From Limisphaerales bacterium (GTDB lineage Bacteria > Verrucomicrobiota > Verrucomicrobiia > Limisphaerales > DSYF01), in NCBI GenBank assembly GCA_046290825.1, contig JBKBTZ010000002.1, positions 2,426-66,425 of the forward strand: a DNA stretch of 64,000 nucleotides, in the 5' to 3' direction. The translations under genes and the position numbers were made by a program. The notes under the pieces were generated by a model. That model saw only the letters and a program-made list of their open reading frames with translations, was not told the DNA's origin and searched no databases. Every line of letters begins with the position of its first letter. The first letter of the stretch is position 1. Below are positions 48,213 through 58,038 of this stretch, one piece after another.

Positions 48213-49881
48213 CCATGCAACTGGACGACCTCAACACCATCGCCGCCAAACGCAAGGCCGCCACCAAAAAAGTCTGCCTGCGCACCTGCATGTCCGCCGG
48301 CTGCATGTCCTCTCAGGCCGACGTCATCAAAAAGAACCTCGAGGCCGAGGTGAAGGCGGCCAGGGCATGGAGGCGGACGTCGAAGTGCGCCGGGTCGGCT
48401 GCATGGGGTTCTGTGGCCAGGGGCCGCTGGTGGGCGTGGACCATCATCACGATGGCCACACGCACGAGGAGTTGTTCGAGTTCGTGAAGCCCGAGGATGC
48501 CCCGGCCATTGTCCGCCATCTCCAGGGCGGCGAATGTCACGTTCAGCGGGGTGACCCGAACCATCCCTTCTTCGCCAAGCAGGTCAAGATTGTGCGCGCC
48601 CACGGCGGTATCGTGGACCCGGAGAACATCGAGGACTACATCGCCCACGGCGGCTATCAGGCCCTGCATCAGGTGTTGACGGAGATGAAGCCCGCCGAGG
48701 TTATCGAGGAGATCACCAAGAGCGGTCTTCGCGGGCGCGGTGGCGCGGGCTATCCGACCGGCCTGAAGTGGGGCACCGTGGCCAAGTCACCCGGGGCCAA
48801 AAAATACGTGGTTTGCAACGGGGACGAGGGCGACCCGGGCGCTTTCATGGATCGCAGCGTGCTCGAGAGCGATCCGCACCTCGTGCTCGAAGGCATGGCC
48901 ATCGCCGCCTACGCGGTGGGCGCGGACCAGGGCTTCCTGTATGTGCGCGCCGAATACCCGCTGGCCATCTCGCGCCTGCAAATCGCGATCAAACAGGCCA
49001 AGCAGCTCGGCCTGCTGGGTTCGGGCATTTTCGAGACGCCGTTCAACTTCAACGTGGACATCCGCATCGGCGCGGGCGCGTTTGTCTGCGGCGAGGAAAC
49101 CGCGCTCATGGCCTCGGTCGAGGGCAAGCGCGGCACGCCCCGCCCGCGGCCGCCGTTCCCGGCGGAGTCCGGCCTGTGGGGTTGCCCCACGCTGATCAAC
49201 AACGTCGAAACCTTTGCCAACATCACCGCCATCATCACCAAGGGTGCGGATTGGTATGCCAGCTTTGGCACCGAGAAGAGCAAGGGCACCAAGGTCTTTG
49301 CCCTCACCGGCAAGATCACCAACAACGGCCTCATCGAGGTGCCGATGGGCATCCCGCTCCGCCAGATCGTCGAGGAAATGGGCGGCGGCGCACCGGGCGG
49401 CCACAAGGTCAAGGCCGTCCAGACGGGCGGCCCCTCGGGCGGCTGCATCCCTGCCCAGCACCTCGACACCCCGGTGGACTTTGAGTCGCTGGGCAAGCTT
49501 GGCTCGATCATGGGGTCCGGCGGCATGGTCGTCATGGACGACACGACGAACATGGTCGAGATCGCCAAGTTCTACATGGAGTTCTGCATGGACGAGTCCT
49601 GCGGCAAATGCATCCCGTGCCGCGCGGGCACCGTGCAAATGCACCACCTGCTGGAAAAGATTTCCAAACGCCAGGCCACGGCGCGCGACCTCGCCAAGCT
49701 CGAGGAGCTTTGCGACATGGTGAAGAACACCAGCCTCTGCGGCCTGGGCCAGACCGCGCCCAACCCGGTGTTGAGCACGCTGCGGTTCTTCCGCAATGAA
49801 TACGAACAGTTGCTCCAGCCGGACCACTTCGGTCCGCGCGGCAACGGCAAACCCGCGCCCCAGCCGGGGGCGGCGCAGTGA
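48209..49881 (+). pseudogene. hoxF: Hydrogenase diaphorase subunit HoxF, frameshifted near 48355-48366 (real mutation or sequence error)
   Basis: First frame carries CMSAGC; the continuation [49 protein letters not shown] is in the -1 frame. Confidence 0.85.
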
Positions 49882-49896
49882 CCGGAGGAAGCTTTT

Positions 49897-50616
49897 ATGG
49901 CCGCAAAAACACTCACGATTGACGGCAAGGCGGTTTCCGCCGAGGAAGGCCAGACGGTCTTGCAGGTGGCCGAAGAGGCGGGCATCAAGATTCCCACCCT
50001 GTGCCATCTCGAGGGCGTGTATGACGTCGGCGCCTGCCGGTTGTGCCTCATCGAGGTTGCCGGCGTGCCGAAACTGCTGCCCGCCTGCACCACCAAGGTC
50101 GCCGAAGGCATGGACGTGAAGACCGACAGCGAGCGCCTGCGCAAATATCGCCGCATGACGCTGGAACTGCTGTTTGCCGAGCGCAACCACGTCTGCGCCG
50201 TGTGCGTCTCGAATGGCCACTGCGAACTCCAAACGCTGGCCTATTCGCAGGGCATGGACCATGTCCGCTACGAATACCTGTTCCCGAAGTGGGGCGTGGA
50301 CACCACCCACCGGCTGTTTGGGATGGACCACAACCGCTGCATCCTCTGCACCCGCTGCGTGCGGGTGTGCTGGCACATCGAAGGCGCGGGCACCAAAAAC
50401 GTTGCCGGCCGCGGCGTCAAATCCCGCATCATCACCGACCTCGCGATGCCGTGGGGCGAGAGCGACTCCTGCACCGCCTGCGGCAAGTGCGTCCAGGCCT
50501 GCCCGACCGGCGCATTGTTCCACAAGGATTCCACCGTGGGCGAGATGGAGCGGGACCGCTCGAAGCTCGAATTCATCGTGACCGCCCGCACCAAACAGCA
50601 ATGGATTGCCGATTGA
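49897..50616 (+). CDS. hoxU: Bidirectional hydrogenase subunit HoxU
   Basis: [51 protein letters not shown]. Confidence 0.93.
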   Translation: MAAKTLTIDGKAVSAEEGQTVLQVAEEAGIKIPTLCHLEGVYDVGACRLCLIEVAGVPKLLPACTTKVAEGMDVKTDSERLRKYRRMTLELLFAERNHVCAVCVSNGHCELQTLAYSQGMDHVRYEYLFPKWGVDTTHRLFGMDHNRCILCTRCVRVCWHIEGAGTKNVAGRGVKSRIITDLAMPWGESDSCTACGKCVQACPTGALFHKDSTVGEMERDRSKLEFIVTARTKQQWIAD

Positions 50617-50620
50617 CCTT

Positions 50621-51166
50621 ATGAAAGCGCGCCTGGCCACAGTCTGGTTTGGTGGTTGCTCCGGCTGCCACATGTCCTTCCTCGACCTCGACGAGTTCCT
50701 GCTGGAACTCGCCGACGCCGTCGAAATCGTTTACAGCCCGGTGGTGGACATGAAGGATTACCCCGAGAACGTGGACGTGTGCCTCATCGAGGGCGCCATC
50801 TGCAACGAGGACAACCTCGAACTGCTCCACAAAATCCGTCAGCGCACGAAGGTCCTTGTCAGCTTCGGCGACTGCGCGGTGACGGGCAACGTCCCCGCAA
50901 TCCGCAACCAGCTTGGGCTGGGCAACGACGAGAGCGTGCTCCAGCGCGCCTACATCGAGAATGCCCAGCACAACCCCCGGCTGCCGAAGGAGGACGGCAT
51001 CGTCCCGCCGCTGCTTCAGCGCGTGATGCCGGTCCATGAGGTCGTGCATGTCGAACACTTCCTGCCCGGCTGCCCGCCCCCGGCGGCCCGCATCAAGGCG
51101 CTGGTGAGCCAGTTGCTCGCGGGCGCGGAGCCCAAGCTGGAAGGCGCGAATTTGAAGTTTGGATAA
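50621..51166 (+). CDS. hoxY: NiFe hydrogenase small subunit HoxY
   Basis: GCSGCHMSFLD, FGDCAVTGN, LPGCPP. Confidence 0.93.
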   Translation: MKARLATVWFGGCSGCHMSFLDLDEFLLELADAVEIVYSPVVDMKDYPENVDVCLIEGAICNEDNLELLHKIRQRTKVLVSFGDCAVTGNVPAIRNQLGLGNDESVLQRAYIENAQHNPRLPKEDGIVPPLLQRVMPVHEVVHVEHFLPGCPPPAARIKALVSQLLAGAEPKLEGANLKFG

Positions 51167-51172
51167 CCCCGG

Positions 51173-51217
51173 CGGGATTCGGGATACGCGAGTTCACGCA
51201 TCCCGAATTCCGCATCA
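51173..51217. repeat. Inverted heptamer arrays between hoxY and hoxH
   Basis: cgggatt cgggata cgcgagt ... cgcatcc cgaattc cgcatca. Confidence 0.6.
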
Positions 51218-51223
51218 CGAACC

Positions 51224-52654
51224 ATGGCAAAACGCATCGTCATTGACCCGGTGACCCGCATCGAGGGCCACGCCAAGATCAGCCTTTTTCTCGACGACGC
51301 CGGCAACGTCTCCGACGCCGAGTTCCACGTTGTCGAGTTTCGCGGCTTCGAGAAGTTCTGCGAGGGGCGCCCTTATGCCGAAATGCCCGGGATCACCCCG
51401 CGCATTTGCGGCATCTGCCCCGTCAGCCATCTGCTGGCCTCCGCCAAGGCGGGCGATGCCATCATGGCCGTCCAGATTCCGCCCACTGCCGACAAGCTCC
51501 GCCGGCTGATGAACCTCGGGCAAATCATCCAAAGCCATGCCCTCAGCTTCTTTCATCTGAGCGCTCCGGACTTCCTGCTCGGCTGGGACACGCCCCAGCC
51601 GCAGCGCAACGTGTTCGGCCTCATCGCCGCCAACAAGGAGCTTGCCCGCGCCGGCATCCGCCTGCGCCAGTTCGGCCAGGAAATCATCGAAATCCTTGGC
51701 GACCGCAAAATTCATCCGGCCTGGGCCGTGCCCGGCGGAGTGCGCAGCCCGTTGACGAAGGAGGGCCGCGACCGCATTCGCGGCTGGCTGCCCGAGGCGT
51801 ATGCCACCACGCAGACGGCGTTCGATTTGTGGAAGAAAACGATGGAAACCCACCAGCGCGAGGTGTCCATCTACGGTAACTTCCCGTCCCTGTTCATGGG
51901 GTTGGTGGCCGAGGACGGCACCTGGGAGCATCACGGCGGCAAGCTGCGCTTCACGGACAGCAGCGGCAGCGTCATTGCCGACCAGATTGACCCGCAAAAG
52001 TATTATGAGGTCATCGGCGAGTCCGTGCAGACCAGTTCCTACCTCAAATCACCGTATTACCTGCCGCTGGGTTTTCCGGACGGCATTTACCGCGTCGGTC
52101 CGCTGGCCCGGCTGAACGTCTGCGAGCAGATGGGCGTGCCGAAGGCGGACGCCGAGTTGAAGAAGTTCAAGAAGCTTGGGCGTGGCGCGGTCACGGCCTC
52201 GTTCCTCTACCATTACGCCCGGCTCATTGAAATTCTCGCCAGCATCGAATACGTCGAACGCTACATGGATGACCCGGACATCCTGGACGACTACCTGCGT
52301 GCGGATGCCGGCATCAACAGCCTGCGCGGCGTGGGCGCCAGCGAGGCCCCGCGCGGCACGCTGTTCCACGACTATACGGTGGACCGCAACGGGCTGTTGA
52401 AGAAGGTCAACCTCATCGTCGCCACCGGGCAGAACAACCTGGCGATGAACCAGACGGTGGCCCAAATCGCGCGGCACTACATCAAGGGCGCCAACGGAGC
52501 CATTCCCGAGCCGCTGCTCAACCGCGTCGAGCACGGCATCCGCTGCTACGACCCGTGCCTGAGCTGCTCGACGCACGCGGTTGGCCAGATGCCCATGCAC
52601 GTGCAATTGATCGCGCCGGACGGCACTGTCCTCAACGAGGTGGTGCGCGGCTGA
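51224..52654 (+). CDS. hoxH: NiFe hydrogenase large subunit HoxH (group 3d)
   Basis: [35 protein letters not shown] plus cleavable C-terminal extension. Confidence 0.95.
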   Translation: MAKRIVIDPVTRIEGHAKISLFLDDAGNVSDAEFHVVEFRGFEKFCEGRPYAEMPGITPRICGICPVSHLLASAKAGDAIMAVQIPPTADKLRRLMNLGQIIQSHALSFFHLSAPDFLLGWDTPQPQRNVFGLIAANKELARAGIRLRQFGQEIIEILGDRKIHPAWAVPGGVRSPLTKEGRDRIRGWLPEAYATTQTAFDLWKKTMETHQREVSIYGNFPSLFMGLVAEDGTWEHHGGKLRFTDSSGSVIADQIDPQKYYEVIGESVQTSSYLKSPYYLPLGFPDGIYRVGPLARLNVCEQMGVPKADAELKKFKKLGRGAVTASFLYHYARLIEILASIEYVERYMDDPDILDDYLRADAGINSLRGVGASEAPRGTLFHDYTVDRNGLLKKVNLIVATGQNNLAMNQTVAQIARHYIKGANGAIPEPLLNRVEHGIRCYDPCLSCSTHAVGQMPMHVQLIAPDGTVLNEVVRG

Positions 52655-52696
52655 ACGAGCGCGACAGGCCGGTTCCTCGTACGCGGAAAGGTTGTC

Positions 52697-53173
52697 ATGA
52701 TTTGCGGCGAGTCATTCACCCCGGAGCGTCCAACCGAACGGAAGCCGGCGCTCCTTGTCATCGGCTACGGCAACACGCTGCGCCGCGATGATGGGGTTGG
52801 TCCACGCGTGGCCGAGGCGGTGGCGGCCTTGAACCTGCCCGGGGTGGCCACCTTCACCTGCCAGCAGCTTTCTCCCGAGCACGCCGACCCCATCGCCCGC
52901 GCCGAGCGGGTGGTGTTTGTGGATGCCGCCGTGGACGCCCCCCGGGAGGTGCAATTGCGTCCGCTGACACCCGGCGAGAGCACCCAGCTCATGGCCCATG
53001 CCGCCGACCCGCGCACCATGCTGGCGCTGGCCCGCGACGTATTCGGTCATGCGCCGACCGCGTGGTGGTTGACCATCCCGGCCGTGGAACTGGGCTTTGG
53101 CGAGGAGCTGTCGCTCACTGCGCAGCGCGGGCTGAACGAGGCGGTGGCCCGCATCGCATCCCTCTGCCAGTAA
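52697..53173 (+). CDS. hoxW: Hydrogenase maturation protease
   Basis: IGYGNTLRRDDGVG, VVFVDA, last gene of the hox operon. Confidence 0.88.
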   Translation: MICGESFTPERPTERKPALLVIGYGNTLRRDDGVGPRVAEAVAALNLPGVATFTCQQLSPEHADPIARAERVVFVDAAVDAPREVQLRPLTPGESTQLMAHAADPRTMLALARDVFGHAPTAWWLTIPAVELGFGEELSLTAQRGLNEAVARIASLCQ

Positions 53174-53243
53174 ATTGGTCCATTCGTTTTGCACAATCCA
53201 CCCCGCCCTAGACGCCTGCCGGGGGATGGCGTAGTCTCCGCGC

Positions 53244-53525
53244 ATGTCCAAGCCTGCCAAGGCTGCCGAGGCGGCCCGGCCCGAAAACCTGTCCTTTGAG
53301 GCCGCCCTCCAGCGGCTCGAAGCCATCGTCGAAACGATGGAATCGGGCGACCTTTCGCTGGAACAGCTTCTCGCCCGCTACGAGGAGGGCATCCAGCTTG
53401 CCCGCGCCTGCCAGTCGAGGCTCGCGGATGCCGAGCTGCGGCTCCAGCAGTTGGAAAAAACCGCGGCCGGCGCGCTGACCCTCAAACCGCTGGCCGTGAG
53501 CGAGGAACCCGGGTCCAACGGCTGA
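53244..53525 (+). CDS. xseB: Exodeoxyribonuclease VII small subunit
   Basis: SFEAALQRLEAIVETMESGDLSLE...YEEG. Confidence 0.93.
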   Translation: MSKPAKAAEAARPENLSFEAALQRLEAIVETMESGDLSLEQLLARYEEGIQLARACQSRLADAELRLQQLEKTAAGALTLKPLAVSEEPGSNG

Positions 53526-53602
53526 TGGGAAAAGGAGCCGCCGCGTTTGCCCGCTCGCGTTCCGCGCCAACCCTGAACTCCGCTCCCTATTTGAAACAAC
53601 CA

Positions 53603-55597
53603 ATGAACCGCTACCTCGACATGGTGGACCATCCGACGCACGTGAAAAAACTCACGACGCCCCAGCTTCTGCAACTCGCGGAGGAAATCCGGCATGAACT
53701 CATCAACGTGCTGGCGCGGAGCGGCGGCCACGTTGGCCCCAACCTGGGCGTCGTCGAATTGACCCTTGCGCTGCACTACTGTTTTTCGACGCCGCGGGAC
53801 AAATTCGTCTGGGACGTGAGCCATCAGGTCTATGTCCACAAGATGTTGACGGGCCGGAAAGATCGCTTCCACACCATCCGCCAGACCGACGGCCTGAACG
53901 GTTTCGCGCTCCGCTCCGAAAGCGAGCATGATTGCTACGGCGCGGGCCATGCGGGCACGGCGTTGTCCGCCGCGCTCGGCATGTGCGCCGCGCGCGACAA
54001 GCGGGGGTCGGACGAGCACGTGGTCTGCATCTTCGGCGACGCGGCATTGACCAACGGCATCTCGTTCGAGGCGCTGAACAACATCTCCCACACCACCCGC
54101 CGTTTCATCGGCATCCTCAACGACAACGAGTGGAGCATCGCCAAGAACGTCGGCGCCATCGCCACCTACCTGGGCAAGCTCACCACCAACCCGCGCTACA
54201 ACAAGCTGGCGCACGACTTCGCCAACTGGTTGCGCCGGATGCCCAAGGGGGATGTCGCCCTCAAATTGGGGCACAAGGCGGAGGAGTTTCTCAAGGGCGC
54301 CATGGCCGGCATCTCGCTGGAACAGGCCCCCGCCGGCCTCGGCACCGATGGCCGCGGCGGCTACGGCAGCAGCATTCTCTTCGAGGAAATGGGGCTGCGC
54401 TACCTCGGACCAATTGACGGCCACGACCTGCAATTGCTCATCAGCACGCTCGAGTTCGCCAAGACCTGCCGGGAGCCGATTGTGATCCATGTGCTCACCC
54501 AGAAAGGTCGCGGCTTTGAAGCGGCGCAGAAGCATCCCGAGAAATTTCACGGCCTCGGTCCCTACGACGTGCGCACCGGCACCACCCCCGCCGCCAAGCC
54601 CGGTTCGCCCCCCCTCTGGCAGGACGTCATGGGCCAGACGCTCGTAAAGCTGTGCCGCCAGAACAGCACGCTGGTCGGCATCACCGCCGCCATGCCCACC
54701 GGCACCGGCCTCAAGCATCTCGAGACCGCCATGCCCGACCGTTATTATGATGTGGGCATTGCCGAGGAACATGCCGTCATCTTTGCCGCCGGCATGGCGA
54801 CGATGGGCTTCCATCCGGTTTGCGCCATTTATTCCACCTTCCTCCAGCGCGCCTACGACTGCATTCACCACGACGTCTGTTTGCAGGACCTGCCGGTGAC
54901 GTTCTGCATGGACCGCGCGGGGCTTTCGGCCAACGATGGTCCCACGCACCACGGGCTGTTCGACATCGCCTACCTGCGCTGCCTGCCCAACCTCATCGGC
55001 ATGGCCCCCAAGGACGAGGATGAGCTGCAGGACATGATGTTCACCGCCTCGCTCCAGCCGCACCCGGTGGCCATCCGTTATCCGCGTGGCAACGCCGAGG
55101 GCGTCCCGCTCAAGGATCAGCCCGCCCTGCTCGAAATCGGCAAGGCCGAGGTGCTCCGGCACTTTGCCAACCACGGCGGGCGCAAGGTGGCGCTGTTCGC
55201 GCTGGGCAACATGCAGCCGGTCGCCCGGCAGGCGGCGGAACAGTTGGTTGCGCAGGGTTGCGATGTGGCGCTGATCAACCCGCGTTTCTTCAAGCCGCTC
55301 GATGCAGGCACGCACGAGTTCTTCGGCCGCGCGGCGGACGTCGTGGCCACGCTGGAGGATCATGTGCTGATGGGCGGCTACGGCTCGGCGGTGCTCGAGC
55401 TGTTCGCCGACCGGGCCATCCCCACGCCGGTATATCGGCTCGGCTGGCCGGATCAGTTCATCGAACATGCCACCACGGTGGAGCACCTCCGCAACAAATA
55501 CGGTCTCACGGCGGAAAATTTGGTGGCGAATGTCACCCGGCTGCTGGGCCGGGCGACCGCGCAGCCGGAGGTGACGGCGACGGCGGGCGCGCGATAA
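53603..55597 (+). CDS. dxs: 1-deoxy-D-xylulose-5-phosphate synthase
   Basis: GGHVGPNLGVVELT, WDVSHQ, GDAALTNG, LNDN, DVGIAEEH, YSTFLQRAYD, DGPTHHG. Confidence 0.97.
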   Translation: MNRYLDMVDHPTHVKKLTTPQLLQLAEEIRHELINVLARSGGHVGPNLGVVELTLALHYCFSTPRDKFVWDVSHQVYVHKMLTGRKDRFHTIRQTDGLNGFALRSESEHDCYGAGHAGTALSAALGMCAARDKRGSDEHVVCIFGDAALTNGISFEALNNISHTTRRFIGILNDNEWSIAKNVGAIATYLGKLTTNPRYNKLAHDFANWLRRMPKGDVALKLGHKAEEFLKGAMAGISLEQAPAGLGTDGRGGYGSSILFEEMGLRYLGPIDGHDLQLLISTLEFAKTCREPIVIHVLTQKGRGFEAAQKHPEKFHGLGPYDVRTGTTPAAKPGSPPLWQDVMGQTLVKLCRQNSTLVGITAAMPTGTGLKHLETAMPDRYYDVGIAEEHAVIFAAGMATMGFHPVCAIYSTFLQRAYDCIHHDVCLQDLPVTFCMDRAGLSANDGPTHHGLFDIAYLRCLPNLIGMAPKDEDELQDMMFTASLQPHPVAIRYPRGNAEGVPLKDQPALLEIGKAEVLRHFANHGGRKVALFALGNMQPVARQAAEQLVAQGCDVALINPRFFKPLDAGTHEFFGRAADVVATLEDHVLMGGYGSAVLELFADRAIPTPVYRLGWPDQFIEHATTVEHLRNKYGLTAENLVANVTRLLGRATAQPEVTATAGAR

Positions 55598-55633
55598 GCC
55601 CGCCCGGGCCTCCGTGCAGAGGCAGGCGCGGGT

Positions 55634-56461
55634 TCAGGTCCGGGGCGGAGGTTCTTCGCCCGCCGTGCGGTGCGGCGCGCGGAGCTTGTTATAAAGCCAG
55701 ACCTCCAACGGGCGGAACCACGGCAGGCAGGGGCGCAGGGGCGAGTAGATCAACCGCAACCGCACGGTCGAGAGGAACATGGTCAGGGACGAGCGGAACA
55801 GCGAGGCCGTCACCTTTGATCCGCCAATGTCGGTCCACTCGGTCGGCACCTCCAATATCTTGAAACCTGCGCGGTGCGCCGAGACGATGAGGTTCACGTC
55901 AAAGGCGAGGTCCGCGATGCGCAAGTGCGGCAGGATGGTTTCCACCACGCGGCGGCGCATCACCTTGGCCGGGCATTGCGTGTCCTTGATGTGCATCCAG
56001 AAGAGGCTTTCGACGATCAGGTGGAAGCATCGGCTGGTGAACCGCCGCAGCGGCGTTTGGGCGCGATGCAAGGTGGCCCCCGGCAGCCAGCGCGAACCGA
56101 TCACCATGTCGGCGCGATCCGTCATCCGCGCCAGGGCATGCAACGCCCGCGGCGGCGTCGCGCCGTCCGCGTCCACGTAACCGATCAGGTCCGCGTCCCG
56201 CGCCACCTTCAGTCCTTCGATCAAAGCCCCGCCTTTGCCGATGGGCGCGACGTGGTTCTGCCATTCAATCAAGGGGAACTCCTTCGCCACCCGTTGCACG
56301 ACGCCAAGGGTGTTGTCCCGGCAGCCGTTGAGCACCACGAGAATCCGCGCCGGGCCGGGATACTGCGTCTGGAAATAGCCCGCCACCTCGCGGAGCACCG
56401 GTTCAATTCGGGCTTCCTCGTTGTAGGCGGGAATCAACAGCAACAGGCTGGGTTCGGGCAC
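55634..56461 (-). CDS. Glycosyltransferase family 2 (Dol-P-Glc synthase-like)
   Basis: IPAYNEE, GKGGA, YVDADG, IGSR, DTQCPAK. Confidence 0.9.
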   Translation of the reverse strand: MPEPSLLLLIPAYNEEARIEPVLREVAGYFQTQYPGPARILVVLNGCRDNTLGVVQRVAKEFPLIEWQNHVAPIGKGGALIEGLKVARDADLIGYVDADGATPPRALHALARMTDRADMVIGSRWLPGATLHRAQTPLRRFTSRCFHLIVESLFWMHIKDTQCPAKVMRRRVVETILPHLRIADLAFDVNLIVSAHRAGFKILEVPTEWTDIGGSKVTASLFRSSLTMFLSTVRLRLIYSPLRPCLPWFRPLEVWLYNKLRAPHRTAGEEPPPRT

Positions 56462-56509
56462 GGCGCGAGTGTATGCACGAAAAGCGGTTTGTCGAACCCG
56501 GGCTGGCGT

Positions 56510-57421
56510 TCAATCGCCCCAGAGGTTCTTCAGATGCGCCACCCCCGCGCGCACCTCCTCGACCGTCAGGCGCGGGCTGAGTTCAAACACCTTGATGTGC
56601 TCCGGGCGCACGAAGGGCTTGAGCGCGGCAAAGTCAATCATGCCCGTCCCCGGCGCGCAGTGGTCGCGGCCCGGCGGCTGCACGTCGTGCAGATGGAATC
56701 CGGCCAGCCGCCCGCTCAGCGACTCGACCTGCATGACGTGACCGATGAAGCCGAGGTTCTCCTTGATCTGCGCGTGACCCGTGTCGTGCCAGTAGGCGAC
56801 CGCGGGGCTGGCGAACTCGGCGAACAGGAACCGGAAATCGCTGTCCAGCGGAATCTCCTCCAGCGCCTCGCGGTTCTCGATGCCGAGGCGCAGGCCGCGC
56901 TGTTCCGCCTCCGTCACGAGCCGCCGCAGCAGTTCGTAGGCGCGCTCCACGAACGGCCCCTTCTTCGCCTCGCGCTTTTCATCGGCCTCGGCGCAGAGCC
57001 GTTGGTATTTGGGCGTGTCGTTCTGCCCGGCGGCGGCCAGGTCCAGCAGCTTGTCGGTGTAGTCCTTCATCTCGATGCAGCCCAGGTGCAACACCACGAG
57101 CGGGGCCTTCACGCGCTGGGCAAAGTCGAGCGTCTTGAGCGTGTAACGCAGCGCCAGTTCGCGCTCGCGGGGATTCTCGGCGGAGAACTTGTAGAGGTTG
57201 GGCGCGGAATTGTTCACGCCCATCGGCAGCGGGCAGAAGTTGTGCAGCGACGAGATTTTCATCTCGCCCGCGTCCACCGCCTCGAGGATGCCGGGCACCA
57301 GGCTGATGCGCGTGCCGTGGCTGAGTTCGACGTAATCGAAGCCCAGCTCGCGCGCCTCGCGCAGGAGCGCGCGGCCATCGGTGTGCCGGTGGGAATTCCA
57401 GCAGGTGGAAAGCGAATACAT
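56510..57421 (-). CDS. Sugar phosphate isomerase/epimerase (xylose isomerase-like TIM barrel)
   Basis: SLHNFCP, LGIENR, WHDTGH, FHLHD, VFELSP. Confidence 0.85.
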   Translation of the reverse strand: MYSLSTCWNSHRHTDGRALLREARELGFDYVELSHGTRISLVPGILEAVDAGEMKISSLHNFCPLPMGVNNSAPNLYKFSAENPRERELALRYTLKTLDFAQRVKAPLVVLHLGCIEMKDYTDKLLDLAAAGQNDTPKYQRLCAEADEKREAKKGPFVERAYELLRRLVTEAEQRGLRLGIENREALEEIPLDSDFRFLFAEFASPAVAYWHDTGHAQIKENLGFIGHVMQVESLSGRLAGFHLHDVQPPGRDHCAPGTGMIDFAALKPFVRPEHIKVFELSPRLTVEEVRAGVAHLKNLWGD

Positions 57422-57484
57422 GCGGGGAAGATGGCAGGGCGGGGGCCGGCGGAAAACGCAAAACCCGCCAGCCGGAGGCGGAAC

Positions 57485-57520
57485 AAAAAAGCCGGGCGCG
57501 GTCAGGAGACCGCGCCCGGC
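57485..57520 (-). terminator. Intrinsic terminator after rpsU
   Basis: Hairpin gccgggcgcggtc/gaccgcgcccggc with T6 on minus strand. Confidence 0.8.
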
Positions 57521-57538
57521 GGCAGATTCATGGCCGGC

Positions 57539-57736
57539 TCAGAGGTCGGCGTAGCGGCGGGCCAGCATGGCGGAGAAACGGGCCACCTTTTCCTTGCGGC
57601 GGCGTTTCTCGCTCGGCTTCTCGTAGGTGCGCTTGGCGCGGACCACGCGGAGCGTGCCCTCGCGATCCAGCCGCTTCTTCAGCCGGCGCAGGGCCTTGTC
57701 AATCGGTTCGCCTTTCTTGAGTTTGATCTCGGTCAT
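57539..57736 (-). CDS. rpsU: 30S ribosomal protein S21
   Basis: GEPIDKALRRLKK...YEKPSEKRR; upstream promoter TTGACA-N16-TAAACT at 57835-57808. Confidence 0.96.
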   Translation of the reverse strand: MTEIKLKKGEPIDKALRRLKKRLDREGTLRVVRAKRTYEKPSEKRRRKEKVARFSAMLARRYADL

Positions 57737-58038
57737 CCAGTGTCACTTCCCTTCCAGCGACCTCGGAGCGCATGGTTGAATGCGACTCCCTCCGGTCAGG
57801 GGCGGGCAGTTTAGACCGGGCGGCCGCCGTGTCAACGAGCCATCCGGGGCCATCTTTGGGGCGGCAAACCTTCTTTCCTTGCCGGAACGCGGGGGGGGTG
57901 ACTCGGGGGCGCGGGCGGCCTGTTCCGGGCCAGAAACTGAGCGGTGCCTCTTCACGCGGGACGGAAAGGGGGCCGAACCTTTAGCAGCCCAAGGCCCGCC
58001 GTTGCAATGACCGGGAACGCGGTCTAGGCTGCGCGGAA

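Noticed and set aside
48355..48366. Programmed -1 frameshift in hoxF
   Set aside because: No slippery heptamer or obvious stimulatory structure; kept only as a probable error or mutation.
53244..55597. xseB-dxs without intervening ispA
   Set aside because: A simple gene-order variant; only 77 nt separate the genes and no ispA remnant is visible.
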